DNA of 64,000 bases, from NCBI GenBank assembly GCA_028534125.1, contig CM052824.1:49600001-49664000 (forward strand), in the 5' to 3' direction. This document shows, piece after piece, positions 49,885 through 63,671 of the stretch (the first letter of the stretch is position 1; every line of letters begins with the position of its first letter). The notes beneath the pieces are model-generated. The model was not told the origin of the DNA, made no database searches, and was given only the letters and a program-made list of their open reading frames with translations. The stretch comes from Lama glama (Eukaryota). Position numbers and translations under genes: made by a program.

Positions 49885-52800
49885 CCATGTGACAAGCTGG
49901 CAGGGAGATGTCATCACCCCATTTTACAGGTGAGGACTGAGGCTCAGAGGGTTCATGTCATTTACTCAAGCTCAGGCAACTATCAAGGGGTAAAAGATGG
50001 GGTTAGAACTCAGGTCTTTCTTGAGGAAGCGTGGGAAATGTGTCACAATTCAGTGGGCTTGATGACCGGGCCTGCCCAGGAACAGCAGAGTGCTTGCTTG
50101 AGTTTTCTGTTATGAGTTCCTGGCTGATGTCTCCCTCAGTGGCCTGTCATGAGTCTGTCCTGCGTGAATTGACAGCAGCCCCCTTTCTAGCTTTGCTTTT
50201 CTTCACCGTGTTCCTTCTCTGCAGAGTATTAGATCCCTGCAGAACTGAGGAGGAATCATCTGCTTAGCCATGTGGCCTTACGTACACAATCTCATGTACT
50301 TCTCCCCCATCCTGTGGAATAGGCTTCATTGTCTTTGTTTTACAGCTGAAGACGTGGAGACGCTGAGAAGTTCAGCAAGTTACCAAGACTGTACATCCAA
50401 CAAATGACCGAGCTGGAAGGCAAACCCCAGCGTGTGACCAAGCCCCTAGCAAATGCCCTGATGGGAAGCCACCCTTTCCTCTTACAGTCTGTGGTGAGTC
50501 CCCCAGCCCCAGCCCCAGCCTCCAGGACTGAAGCACTCATTCCTCCAGCTGCTGGGAGTGTTGGTGGCTGGCTGAGTCCCCTCCGCGGCCTGCTTGCCTC
50601 TGCAGCACAGCTCTGCGGGGCCGACTCAGCTCCAGGCTCCCGGTGGGATCAGCCAAGCCTTTAGCCGTGACTCCATCACTGTCCTATCCCTCTGCCCACT
50701 CTCTCTATGGCCGTCACTCTCCCCCAGGTGTGATCCAGAGCACACTCTCCAGGAAACTTGGAAATGTCCATATTCTAGTGCCCGACAGTGAGCGCATTGG
50801 CCCGCACCCTGCTGGTGGGAGAGGAGAATGGCTTGCGGGCCACGTGGCCTGGATTAAACTCTCACCCTCCATCACTTACAGCAGTGTGATCTTGCAGACT
50901 GATTCTCAGAATCTCGGTTCTGTTATTTGTAATCCAAGTATGATAATAATATCTATGCCATCCACTGTGGCAGTCGAGATAACAGGTCCTGTATTTAGAA
51001 CAGAGCCTGGCACCTGGTGACATGGCACATGGCAGTACGTGCTGGGCATCAGTAGTAGGAGACGCTGCTGAAGGATGCCCTCTGCGTTTCCCCACTTCCT
51101 TGAAATCACACTATTTCCTCAACACTTGTCCTGTTTGCTTTGCTGGCTCCTCTTCCTCCTTCTCTCCTCTTCATTTGGCTAGTCTTCAGCGTCTGTCCTG
51201 TTCCCGCTTTCTCTTCCCTTCTTTTTCCATGTGTTATCTCCCCAGCCTCCTCCACTCTGCCACTCCCCACTCTCCACTCTGAAAGTGGCCTACAAGCCCT
51301 TGAGTGCCGAGAAGAGCCCCTGAAGTGGGCTACGTGTATTTTTTTTTTTAATTGAAGTGGTTTTTGAGGAGGATGGGCAGACCTGTCATTTGCATGACTA
51401 ACTGGAGCATGGCCCATTTGGGCTGCTCCAAAAGTCAGTCTGTCAAAGCTTGTGAGTTGTGTGAGCGATTTGGTTTTCAACTTCTGCCCTTGAGTAAGGG
51501 CACCCGCCTGTCTGTAATAGGTGCTATTGTCAAGGCTGATAATGTAGAGAAGGCAGGAGGGGGCGGAGAGAAGGGGGAACTGCCATTTGAAGTTCGGTGA
51601 CAAGACACGGAGAAAGGGATTCTGCAAAAGTCCCAGAATAATGAGGACAATGAGCCATTGTTCTCCGGGCTTCATTTTTAGACTTGTTTTGATTAGTACC
51701 TTAAATCTCAGTTGTTTACGTGTGAATTACAAGACTTCGAGGGAAACATAAAACCCATGAAAATTACATGCAAAGGAATTCCACCGATGGCTTGTGTTTT
51801 GGATTCAGTTGATTGACAACTAAATCAACGAAAAAATATTTTCTGATGTCAAAGGTTAGCGTTAAAAAGCGTGGTTCTAGGAGGAGAGGGCACTGGGAGA
51901 GGAGAGCCAGCACCAGAAAAGTTGAAAAGTGGGGAGAGAGCTAGCATTTCCTGGTCAACAACATACGCTCTGCACCTGACGTATATATTTCATTCAGTAT
52001 TCAGGAGATGAAGGAGAGGATCTGTTACCCCATTTTACAGATAAGGAAATGGGGACTCAGGGGAAAAATCTCTTCCTCAGGCCACACTCAGGAAGGTCTG
52101 ACCCTAAAGCCTGTGCTCTTAGCCCCCACCCCTCCAGAAGAACTGACTGATTTAGGAGTAGGGCACCACGTTGCTGTGACTTTGAGGTCTTCAGGCAACT
52201 TTCATTTCTGTCATTAAACCATGTGACATGTAGGGACAGTGCTATAAGGTCATGGCTAAACAAGATATTCCCAAGTAGTGACCTTGCTTTGTTTATAACA
52301 CAAACAAATCAGAGTCTTACGATGGATTCACAGCCCTCCTCCCTCTACACCCATCCTCCCCCAAACACACACACACACCGTGCACACGCTCTCCTCGATT
52401 CAGAAGAGTCTTGGGCGAGCTTCAGTTCTGTTCATTCTCATACTAGCTTAGCTATGGTTCAACCCATTGTAGCCAGATGGATTGAGCCTGCTTTCAATCT
52501 GCTTTCTGAGTTTAGGAAATTCTGGAGGCAGGTGGTGTGATAACACCTGGGTACTAAGCTAAGGCCTCATATTGGCCAGTGAAATCCTTTCATCACACGT
52601 GTGTGAAAAATACTTGCTTCTATGAGGAGCTATTCCAAATGATTTCTTATCTGATGCCTTTTTATGACTGCTGCAAAGGCGAGAGAAGGAGAAATTATTT
52701 TGAAGCAGAGAGTTTAGGAAAGAAAGAAAGATGTTTCCTCTCCTCTGTGCTTGATTTTTTTTTAATAACTTTTGTGGTTGAAATTTGATACTTGTGGTTT

Positions 52801-54294
52801 TGAAGAGTGAAATTCCCAAGGCTTTATGTTGGACTTTTTGGGGCTCAGGTCTGGCTGCCTTCCCACAGCCTGAGCTGAGCGTGATCGGAGCTGTTAATAT
52901 TGGCAGTTGAATTTACAGCTGATAAACAACTGCCACTAGTTCACAACAACATCTCAAAAGTTAAGTAATTTAAAAGTGGAGTGCCTGTGAGGGTCGCTGC
53001 TGGCCTCATCGTGGTGTTACAAGAGGTGATGCTGGGTTTCCCTGAATCTTGGGTTTGAAAGGTCTTTCCAAGATTCTTCTTGGTTGCCTAGAGTCCAAGG
53101 ATTTCATAAGGTCAAAGAAAGGCCCCTCAGAGAACATGTGAGCAAAGACTGTGAGCCCAAAGCATCAATTTTGCTTTTTCCCTTTACTCCTGCCTGTGAA
53201 ATATTTTCCAACTATTTTCCCACATTGTTGTTAAGCAAGTAGTTCTTCGTGCTTTACTGCATAGACTTTCAATATAAGGGGTTGAACCATTTGCTTCAGG
53301 AATAAAATGTTCACAGGACTCCCCCACTGGGAAATCCACTTGCAAGAATAAAGCTTATGCCATGGCCTCAGGTTAAGAAACCCATTTACATTTCTTGCAA
53401 ATGGTCCCCTCCAACCTGCCCTCACCTTCACTTCCCAGCTCACACCCTCTGGGGTTCTGATTTAAAAAGCACTTAATGAGGGTCCTAATTAGAACCTGAT
53501 CGGGTTGCTAATGAAGTAGTTGACAGCCCAGATCAATTAAAAAGGAAAAAAAAAAGCATCCCTGGCCTTTTGTTTGCAGCCTCTCCAGGAGATGACATTC
53601 TCTTTTTAATTGCTTCGAAGCAGGCTTTGCTGGACCAATCGGCCTCTGTCTTCGCCTCTGGGCTCCTGGTCACGTGGCCTGTGCCGGCGAGAGGCTGCAC
53701 TGCAGCAGGAGGGAAGCATTTGGACTTTGGAGAACAAGGTTTCTCTTTCTCAGTGCTTGAAGCTTTATAAACCTTACACTTGTAAGGGGATTGTTCTGCC
53801 TACCTCTCCTTGCCCCTGACCACCCACATAATAGCTATAAACCCCAATTAAGCTGAATTACCATTTAACCAGCACATCCCCCGTAGTGTATGCATGTATA
53901 TATCTGAAAAAGTAGCGGGGAGAATTGAAACCAGAGAAATGTTTTAAATAATATTTCTTCTTCTTTTTTTCTTTTTCTGCTTACCTGGATGCTGGACCCT
54001 AGACACAGAACTCTAGAGTTTTGACGATTATTTTTGGAAGAAATAATAATAGTGGGTGAATTCTGGCATCGTAGGCATGACTTGGGAGAAAAGGAAGTTG
54101 ATTTCCAGGTTGCATGCATCTCACACAATGTGTGAGGATTACTGTGAAGCCAGGCCTGCAAATAAGACGGGAGAACCTGCTGATGGGAAGCAGACAGTGA
54201 GATGAGGGAGAGGGAACCCCTGGAGAAGGGCGGTGGGGAGCGTCCGGGGGCAGTGTGTGTTTACACTGAGGAAGAGAAGGGTATTACAAGTGGT

Positions 54295-55450
54295 TTAACA
54301 AAATATTTTTTCAAAATACATATTGAGCATCTGTTATATGCCAGGCACTATAGTGATCAGGGGTTCTAGAGCATTGAATGAAACATGACTCTTTGGAAGA
54401 CAGTCAAACCAATGATTGTACATGAAGTGTGTAAAGTGCGGCAAAAGATAAATTCTGAGCACTGTGGGCAAGTCCTATATGGACACTGCAGAAAAGAAGT
54501 TTCAGCTGAGACATGAAGTTTAAATACGAGATGGCTGGGCAGAGGGGCCAGAGCAGAGTCTCCACTGCAGGAATGGCACAGAGGAAGTGGGAGGGAGCGA
54601 GGGAGAGAGAGCAGGTTTTGTTCTAGGATCTGAGAGAAGTCCTACCTGTTGGAGCAGAGAAAGGAAGGGAAGGATTTCATGAGCTGAGCCTGGAGCGGTG
54701 CCCAGTCATTCACAGCCTTTTAAGTCACACGAAGGATTTGGGACTGTTCTTGCAGTAAGGAAGGCATTAGAGGGTTTTAAGCAGGGGATTCTTATGATCA
54801 GATTGTATTCTTGAACTATCCCAGCAGCTGCGTGGGGAACTGAGCAGAAGGAGTCCAGGTGGGAAGTCGGGGGGCTCTTCGGGGTTTTTACAGTGGTCCA
54901 AACGGAAGTCACTGCTGGCCTGAACTAGGGTGCCGACAGCGGGGGTGGGAGAAGGGGGTAGGCTTGAGACACCTTTAGAAGTTAGAATGAGCAAGAATTG
55001 CTGGTTAATTGGATGTTGGTAGGGAGGAAGAGGGCACAGGCAAGAATGGTTCCCAAACATATGCTTGAGCAGTGGGTTTTACAGTGGGACCATTTACTGA
55101 GATCAGGAGCGATGGGGAGAGAGTAGAACTGGGGCGATTATAATTCAAGCCCTGGCCATATTTAGTTTGAGGCATCGAATGGCAGTGTCAAGTAGGCCAG
55201 TGGGGTTGGTGGGTCTGGAGCCTGGATGAGCTGGAGAAGCAGGAGTGCTCAGCCCACAGCAGGCTGTGAATCTGCGGCGTTCCATGAAATTCCCCTCCCA
55301 GAGGGCGCTCAGACCTGCAGCAGAGCCCTGAGGAATCCCATCGTTCAATGGCCTCTTAGAGAAGGAGGAATGGGGAGTCGCCAAGACAACTAAGAAGAAG
55401 CTTCCAGAGACAAGAAGAGAAACCTGGAGAGGACCTCGCTGTGATGGTTT
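54295..55450 (-). mobile_element. L2 LINE fragment (~1.1 kb)
   Basis: caaaatacatattgagcatctgttatatgccaggcact...gaaggatttgggact...ggttttaagcagggga...gggaccatttactgagat. Confidence 0.8.
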
Positions 55451-57079
55451 TCATGTCCAAGGCTCTCTGGGAGGAGATCACGGTGGACCGATCACCACTC
55501 AGGCCTGAGAGCACTGATTTTCCAAAATGTTTAAGTAACAGAACTCCTGCAGTAAAATCTTACATAGATGACACGGGGAAGAGTGGGGGCTGGGCTTGCG
55601 GCCCTGCTCGCCCAGCCTTCCTCTTGTCAGCCCCCCTCCTGAACCCCAAGGCTCTGAAGAAAGACGTTGGAACAGCCATTCCCTAGAGGACACCCGCCTG
55701 GCCCACTGAGCGAGGGCTCCTCCCAGCAGAATCATCTCGGACTGTCTTCCAGGGCCACACCCACTCCGCCCCATGAACCCACCGAAGGCCTGGCTCCTTT
55801 GCTCCCTGGAGCTTACGGAGATCTGTGTTACTCCAGGTTAGGAAGTATCAGGGAGCCGATTACCAGACACCTCCCCCCTTCCCCCATCAATAAATGCCTC
55901 ATAATCCTTTGAAACCCAGCTTAGACGTCATTTACTTCACGAACCTGCCGGGGCCCCCGATTCAGAACGGATCCCGCCCCCCCTCCACGCTGCTTTTCGA
56001 TGCAGTCATTTCACGGACAACTTGGATTATTTGTTCACACTCCCCTCTCCTCCCAAACTCTGAGTTTCCCTAGGGCAGGGACCAAGTCTGTACATCTTAA
56101 AGCCAGGAGAGTGCCTGGCACAGTATGGGTGGGGAATACATGTTTGCCCCATTGGATTAAATCACATTGTATTAAACTTGGAAGGGCCCTCAGATAGTCT
56201 CCAGTCCTGCCTTCTTGTCAGTGAAGGAGAGGGTAAGCTCCAGCTCATCGCTGGCAGAGCTGGTTCTGAAATCCAGAATCCTGACTTCCAGTCCAGTTTT
56301 CTTAGGATCCTTCCTACCGGGCTCAAGAGTTAGCAGCACTGAATAAGTATGTAAATGTTGGGGGAGAAAATCCCTAGTTTGCAAGCTGGGGGTGGCTCCC
56401 GCTGGCTTAAATGGTGCTGTCTCAGTATCGCCCACCAGACCCACGGAGTCAAGTGACTTTCTGCGGAGTTGCTTTTCGTAAGTAGGAGTGTGCTGGCCTC
56501 TCCCGCCTGCCCTCACCACCTGTCATAGTTCTGGCTCCTTCACGATTTCCTGTCACTTTAAATTCTTACTTTCAGAAACAGGGCCATTTCCTAGGGGAAA
56601 TGCTTTGTTTGTTTGTTTTTAATCTCCTCTTACAGGATTTGGCCCAAGAATGGTTCCAATATAAAGGCTCTGGCGCTTTCTGTGTGTGGACGGGGGTTAG
56701 CAATTCCTCGGGGGGAAAAAGTAAAATTGGACTCTGTTCCTTGGAGACAGAGTAACAGTTCTTTATTTTATTTTATTTTTTTTGAAGACCAGTTGAAGAG
56801 CGGGTTCTCAAGAGGCATCCTTGAGTGTAAGAGTGGCCAAAACTTCTCTCTCACCTTTAGTAGAGGCGATGCTGTGACCCCACCCCCCACCCCCAATTTA
56901 GAAAGAACTGGCTGACGGGGCCGAGAACCTGCCTGTTCACTTCTCTTTCCTGTTTCTCAATTCCTGGGGCAGCTGTTTCCCTTCAGGTACACGCCTCTCA
57001 CACTAGGCCACTTCCACCTCCCAGCTTTTGGCTACGAATTATTGTCAGCCTGACCAATTTTGTTGAAGAAGTGGAGAAG

Positions 57080-57320
57080 GCAGTAGAAAGGAAAAGCAAA
57101 AGCTCTGGACTTGATGCCGTGCTCAAACCCCAGCTCTGCCGCTTACCAGTGTGCAATCTGCCCCTTAACGTTAGCTCCATGAGCCTCAGTTTCCTCCTTT
57201 GTAGATTGGGACTGATAGCACCTCCGGGGGGTGGGGGTAGTTGTGAGGACTGGTGAAAATGAATACAAAGCCCCTGGCCAAGTGCTTGTCCCACGTAAGC
57301 CACCAATGAACATTTGTTGT
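57080..57320 (+). mobile_element. MIR SINE
   Basis: cccagctctgccgcttaccag...gagcctcagtttcctcctttgtaga. Confidence 0.8.
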
Positions 57321-58465
57321 TAATTAATCACATTATTTTAGGTGAAATCACTCATTGTACTTGCCTTAATCCTGGCTGCACATCAGAAACGGTTCTGACT
57401 GGTTACGACTGATCCGTCTGCTCACCCTTTTCATGGACATGAGTGCCTGGTGCGGTAGATGCTTTGCCGCTCGAATTACTGATGTCGTTAACATCACCAT
57501 CCTGATGCTTTTTGATGGACTTGCTCTTTTAAAGATAGGTTCTTGTAACCGGATGCAAACAAAGAATGAAACCCGGATCACGTTATATGTTTTGCCTGTT
57601 TTGAATTAATGTGAATTAATCTGTCAAAATAAAGAGATAAAAGTGTTTAACCTATGGGGGAACTTGGACTAATGGAGCCCCGATTCTGCAGCTGCTCAGG
57701 GTATCCTTGACAACTGGTTAGGCGAGAGCCAAGCTTCCCAGAGCTCTGCTTTTGGATGGAGGACACACAAAGGTTATATTTTCAAAGCTCTTTGTGTCTG
57801 TCAGCTAATGTCTGTAGGCAATATGTGGCTTTTAGAGAGCCTGTTGAATCACAAGCAAGATGTGGGTAGCCAGATTCTTTCCCTTGAACAGAAATATTGT
57901 ACTCTTTACACAAATGTCTGATTTTGATTTAATAGCTCTCTGGTTAAGAGGTGCCATATAACAGCATCTTAACCCTAGTTTAAGAGCATCCTGAAGGATT
58001 TTTTCTTTCTTTGTATCTTTATACCAGAATCCATCACTTTTCTACTCAGAGGCACTCCCTGAAGGAGCCCAGCTACTTGATAGGCCATTCGTAACATCAA
58101 ATACAATGACTTGTTTCTCTTCACTCTTTTTGCAGTATTGGGGATTTGCTGGAAACTGTTTTAGTACAACCTAGTGGTACCCTAAGGAAATAATTAGGAG
58201 CACCCCAAAAGCTTAAATCCATCTCAGCATTACTCATAGTAGGAAAGCATTGTCAACACCAGAGATGTCCAGTAGTGAAGCCTCGGGGAAGGAGATGAGC
58301 CCACACCATACAAGGGAGACTGATGCAGCCACTAAATGTTGCATTTAGGAAGGCTTTAATGGCAGACATGGGAACATTTTTTATGATGTCATGTTAAAGT
58401 AGGACATAAAATTGTATGTTGTGCCTGATCGTGACTTAAATTTTAAAAGATACATAGATGAAGAC

Positions 58466-59002
58466 AGTCGACTGAAAAAAAAACCACACGCATACAATCT
58501 GAAAGTTGAGGGTTATGTTTTATTGGGCGGACATTTCTGAGGACTCAAACCCGGGATGACAGCCTCTCAGATCAGTCTGAGGGGCTGCTCCAAAGAGGCA
58601 GAGGAGGAGCCAAGATATATATGAGTTTTGCAACAAAGACCAGGTAGTCGAAACATTGAAAAATTACTGTTAATTAGAGAAAGCCAGATATCTCAAGTTA
58701 AGGAATTTAGTGCTCTTCTGTGTGTGGGAAGATGCAAGAGTCTCGGCGCATTGAAATCATCCCTTTAATATGCACCTAGCTATCTAGGGCCAGTATCCTG
58801 TACTTCCCATACTGGGTCCCCTTAGGTGGCACCACTGGGGGTGGCTGCAGTGGTAGAGGGCTTGGCAGCAGGTGGCCTGCTTGGTTAAGATTTCCTGATT
58901 TCCCTCCGGCTCACCGTGGAGGGTGGTGAAGTAGTGGCTGATGACCTGATGGCCGCAACATCCTGAGTTCACTGATTTGGCAGGCGATACTTTTCATTCA
59001 CA
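58466..59002 (-). mobile_element. MER41-like (cetartiodactyl) ERV1 solo LTR inserted in an old L1M 3' fragment
   Basis: 4-bp TSD AGAC at 58462-58465 and 59003-59006; ends (A)GTCGAC...TCACA; minus-strand AATAAA near 58520; gacagcctctcagat..tctgagggg.ctgctccaaagagg motif. Confidence 0.8.
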
Positions 59003-60289
59003 AGACTGAAAGGAAATGCTCCAAGATGATAACTGTACTAAAGTTGTTCCCTGGAAGTGGGGCTATAAGTGATTTTTATTTTGTTCTTTATATTTTTCCA
59101 TACTTTCTAATTTTTCACAGTACACAGTAATAACTTCAATTTAGGTGAAAATGTTATTCAACAAAAGTCAAGACAAAAGCTCATAGGTCCACGGAGGTGA
59201 TGGTGGTAGAACCTTTAAATTAGAAATTGGTAGCAAGTGGCAGAGGCTGGATATTAACGTTTAGCACTGATATAACATTTCATGGGAGGCATTTATGGTT
59301 TTATTGCACTTGAACTCATTTTCATACCATCCCTGTGTGGCAGGCAGTAGGAACTGTCATGATTTTTGTGGATGAAAAAAAAAAAACAGGGACAGAATGA
59401 GCACTGCATTTTGCTTCTACTGGTGTTTTTAAGCTGTGAAATTCGGGCCCACATGAGGACGTGTTGCTACTGTTCCTCATTCACAGACACATAGACATTT
59501 AGGATTGGCAGGAATCGCAGAAACAGCGTGCTGTCCACTGCCCTACAAAAAGGAGACCGAGGGGAAACTGAGTTCGCCTAGTACGTGGAAAGGTCATTCC
59601 CGCGCTCACTTGTTCAGCACAGGGAATCTGCCCGAGGAGCCTACTGCTTTAACATATGACATTATACCTGCTGAGACTCCTCCGAAGAAAGGGGAGGGAT
59701 GCTGGATTTTTACCAAGTAGATTGGAGATGGGGCAGGTAAGGAGGCTACTGGCAGCCAGAGAACGTGGGCCCACCTCCTGCTTGCTGAGTTCTCCCCGGG
59801 TCAGTGTATCTGGGGCTCTTCTCATCTCCCTGTAACAGTCAGACAACCTAGGCTCCTCCTCTGTGGCTCTCCAGTCTCCTACCACCAATGTCCCCAGCGT
59901 GCCAGCCCATCTATGAGAATTCTCGTCTTTGGGATTCAGAGTATATTCCCCTTAAGGCGACAAAAGAATTCTAAGCTACTCTCCCTCCCAGTTTTCTGAT
60001 GTCATTTTTTAAGGTGGTCACAGTCCAGATTCAGAGGAGGCAAATACACATATGCCCTAACAGTCACCATCTCTAGTGTTTTCATCAGTGCTTAATGGAA
60101 GATGAGTTTTTTTCTGGAGCATCCAGGAGTTTCCCAGAATTCCAGAAAAGGCAGATGTTAATGTGAAGATGCAACTTTTGGAGTTTAACAGATACCTGGG
60201 TTTGAATGGAGGTTCTTTCTTTGGCTAGTTGACCCTTGGTTTCTTCAAAGTGTAAAAAGAAGGAAATCAGAATAACATAACAGTGGCTG

Positions 60290-60640
60290 TGTTAGTCGGG
60301 ATAGGGTATGCTATGCTGCTGTAACAAGTAAATCTGGAAATATCAGTAGTTTAGTACAGGGAAAATTGAGTTTTTGCTTGTGTAAAAATCTGATGTGTAT
60401 TACCTGGGCCCTCCTCGATCTGGTGAGTCTGGGATGCAAATGACTTTTATTTAGTGTTGCCACCATCTAACATGTGACTTCTAGGGTCACTGAGTTTGGG
60501 AAGAAAGAGCTAAAAGGTCATGCACTGTCCCTGAAATGCTGTGTCCAGAAACGACACATGTCACTTCCTCTCATATTTCATTGATTGACTCAAACTCATC
60601 ATATGGCTTTGCTTGACTGAGTGTGCAGTAAATGTCTCTG
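60290..60640 (-). mobile_element. Old MLT1 (I/J/L-like) MaLR LTR
   Basis: gttagtcgggatagg...tatgctgctgtaacaa...gaaacgacacatgtcacttcc.ctcatatttcattg. Confidence 0.65.
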
Positions 60641-60644
60641 CCAC

Positions 60645-60880
60645 ATTACTAACATTAATCGAGCCCTTCCCATGTGCCAAGCGTGCTATAAATGCTTTAC
60701 ACGCTGATCCCATTTACCCTGAACATTATGAAGCAGTTGCTAATACCTCCGTCATATATAGGATAAACTGAGCCACAGAGAGGTTGGGCAACTTGCCAAA
60801 GTCTCATGGCTAATGAGTGATGGAGCCAGGATTTAACACCAAATAATCTGACTCCAGGGACTGAGTTCTCAACCTCAACA
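60645..60880 (-). mobile_element. MIR SINE
   Basis: aaactgagccacagagaggttgggcaacttgccaaagtc...ggagccaggatttaacacc...tctgactccag. Confidence 0.8.
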
Positions 60881-63655
60881 CCCATTGCCTCCCTAATAAT
60901 ACCTCTCCTGGTAGGGTTTCTGTAAAATTATAGGCAATGTAAATAAAACACTTGTTATGCAGTGTCTGACGTGTCAGAATTACTCACAAATGACAGCTAT
61001 TTTTTTCTATCATCATTGTTGTTGTTGGCTACCTCAGATCCTTTCTGAGTCAAGGCAGAGTATAAATAGACGTCGATGTGATAGAGCTTTATTAAAAGGT
61101 ATCTCTTTTTCCTGGCATCTGGGGTTGCATGGACTGCTTTAATATAACCTTGCAGAGAAGCATCACGTAATTACTGTGGTGTGGAAGTATTTTAGCAAGT
61201 CGTGCCCATTCTTACCCTGTAATGGCATGAAAGCAAAGTCTGCGTTTTAATTACTGGCTTGCCATGTCTCGTTACTGGTATCTGCTGGGCTGCTCTGAGC
61301 AAAATTTAAGGACACAACAGTAGTGTATGTTGTATTTGTTTTAATTAAACATTAGCACTGATCTTGACTGGTTCTCTGGGTAGTTAAAGCAAAGAGACAG
61401 TGCTGTAATGTGATTTCTGCACCGTTTGGGGTAGCCAGAAATACATTTGGTGTTGAAGTGACTCCCCTGCCTCTTTCCTGCCGGGAGTTAATTGATATCC
61501 CTCCTGCCCTTTCTCAGGGAGCCTTGGCCGCTGAAGACGGCCTGAGGGATGGGCAAGTGGGTAGGCAGGATGATCCTGAGCAATGAAACTGTTTGGGATT
61601 CTCTAGCTCTGCATAGGCCAGTGAAGGATATCACTGAGTTTGTAGAAGGACCAGGGCAATCAGTGACGCAAAGAAATATGACTGTGCTGGCTGGTGCCAT
61701 TCCTCGCCAGGTGGGAGATGGAAGGCGGAATCTTGGTACTGGAGAAATATCTGTAATTCTTCCCTCACACTCAGAGTTGGGGGATGACTTCTTTTTATTT
61801 CTTACCTTCTTTCAGAAGCCCAACTTCTGCCATAGATGGCAGCCCACTGCCATCTGACAAAAGAAGATGTACTCATAGGAATCTCTTACTGAACTGTCGA
61901 TTGTGAGGTGGTGCTGTGCTCAGCAACGGACCAAGATAGAAGGATCAAGAGACGCACTGCCCCCGCTCATCACACAGAGATGGATACACAGTAAACTAAA
62001 CCAGAACCGCGAACGTGCTAAATAGAGATACTCAGGGGAGTGCACAGGAAGGGGAGATTCACTCTGACGGTCCGGCTACGGGATCGCTGGCCACCTCACA
62101 GACCACTTGTACTAGTCAGAACCCACAAGTACCACTATTTCTAAGAACTAAATAGGTCGCGATAGGTAATGCAATTCCCCAATATCATTTTAGCTTTAAG
62201 TGATTATCATCTTGATTGATCTTTCGGTTAAGTACTGATACTTCTGACATTTTGGAAACTATGTCAGCCAGATATTGGACACATTTTTAAATAAGTCTTT
62301 AAAAAGAAGCGTGCTGCAAAATAACATATATCCTGTGACTACAATTATACGAAAATACCCATATATATGTCCACCACCCAGATGGGAACATGCACGGTGA
62401 AGGTAGTTATTTTCCAGTGGTGAGATGATGACTTCTTTTTTATGAAAAAAAAATTTTTCCAGTATTGCATTGCCTTCAATTTAAAGAGAAAAGAGCAAAT
62501 AATTATTTTGTTCTAGCCAAAACATTACATTTTTTAAAAAAAATCAGTGGGAAAAGCATCAATGGTGAGGTTGAGAAAGGGAATCTTTAAAAATAACTCA
62601 GGAACAGTCACACTTGATGGAAATTCTGAACTTTGGGCAGAGAACTTGAAAGGGGTTTTAAAGCAGAAACACAATTTTGGGAAATACAGGAAGCTTTTAG
62701 AAGCCAGCAGATCCCAGTCTAATTACAGATTTGCTATTGATATTTTTTTGAAACATCAGAGCAAAACTAAGAACACACTATATATAAGAAAAATTTCCCC
62801 GTAACACACAAATGCCATAAGCCAAACCATATTTCTGTTTGTTCTTTATGTTCTAATATTTGCTCACATATAGGCACACAATTTTAACATAACTTTAGAC
62901 ACATTTATTCATTTTTTTTCCCACAAAAGACTCTAAGTATTTTTTACTTACACTGTACAATACTGTATTGTTTCAAACATGCAGAGAACGGTTTACTGAC
63001 TACACTTTAAAACATCAGTATTCTGGAACATTTATTCACTTGAACTATTTGACCTTCTCTCAAAAAAAATAGCATTGAGATTGTAATTAAAAGGAAAGAG
63101 CTGTCAGTCTTGTCATCTTTGACTTAAACAGACATGAGGAAAGGTGTCGGTCAAGGTGACCTGGATCCCCACCACTAGGGGACTCCATGGCTAGGACTCT
63201 GTGGCAGAGAGTCTTTGGTCTAAGGTTCTTCCTAATGCTTCAGAGCGTTTGATCTATGAGGCTGACGTTCTAGAAAGCTGAGCCACAAATTAAGGTCCAG
63301 CACTGCGCCTGCAGCTGAACCCTGTGGTATCTTGTCCTGGTGAAAACAGGATGCATATGGCCACACAGGCGATGCTGTGAGGTTTAGAGTGCAGGACCTG
63401 TCTCTAGAAACCTGCCTGGCCTGTCCGACCTTAACCTGGGCTTCACCCTTTAAAACCACATTGATTTTTGAAGTGTAAGCTCCTGACCATTTCCTGTTCT
63501 GCCCTGATTCAACCTGCAGAGCCTGATTGCACCATCTCAGTCCGGTCCTGGCAGAGCTGCAGCCAATCTTGCCTTTGCTGTGCTGGGCCAAGTGGAAACA
63601 CTGAACAGATACCCGCGGGATGGCTGCAGGTCTTGGTCAGATGCAGTTAGAGACA

Positions 63656-63671
63656 CAGCGCCATCTAGTGG
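63656..63671 (-). promoter_or_regulatory. CTCF core motif
   Basis: Minus strand reads CCACTAGATGGCGCTG, matching the CCASYAGRKGGCRS consensus at every position. Confidence 0.75.

Noticed and set aside
55295-55309. CTCF-like CTCCCAGAGGGCGCT (also CCACTAGGGGACTC at 63172)
   Set aside because: Mismatches at high-information positions; the first lies within an L2 remnant.
50200-58170. Acceptor-like polypyrimidine-AG sites near 50224, 56635 and 58135 as exons of the plus-strand gene
   Set aside because: No strong matching donor or recognisable reading frame downstream; cannot be supported without transcript data.
829-63650. Remaining 60-200 aa ORFs in the six-frame track
   Set aside because: Lengths are compatible with chance, many overlap MIR/L2/LTR remnants, and none shows a recognisable protein motif or convincing exon structure.
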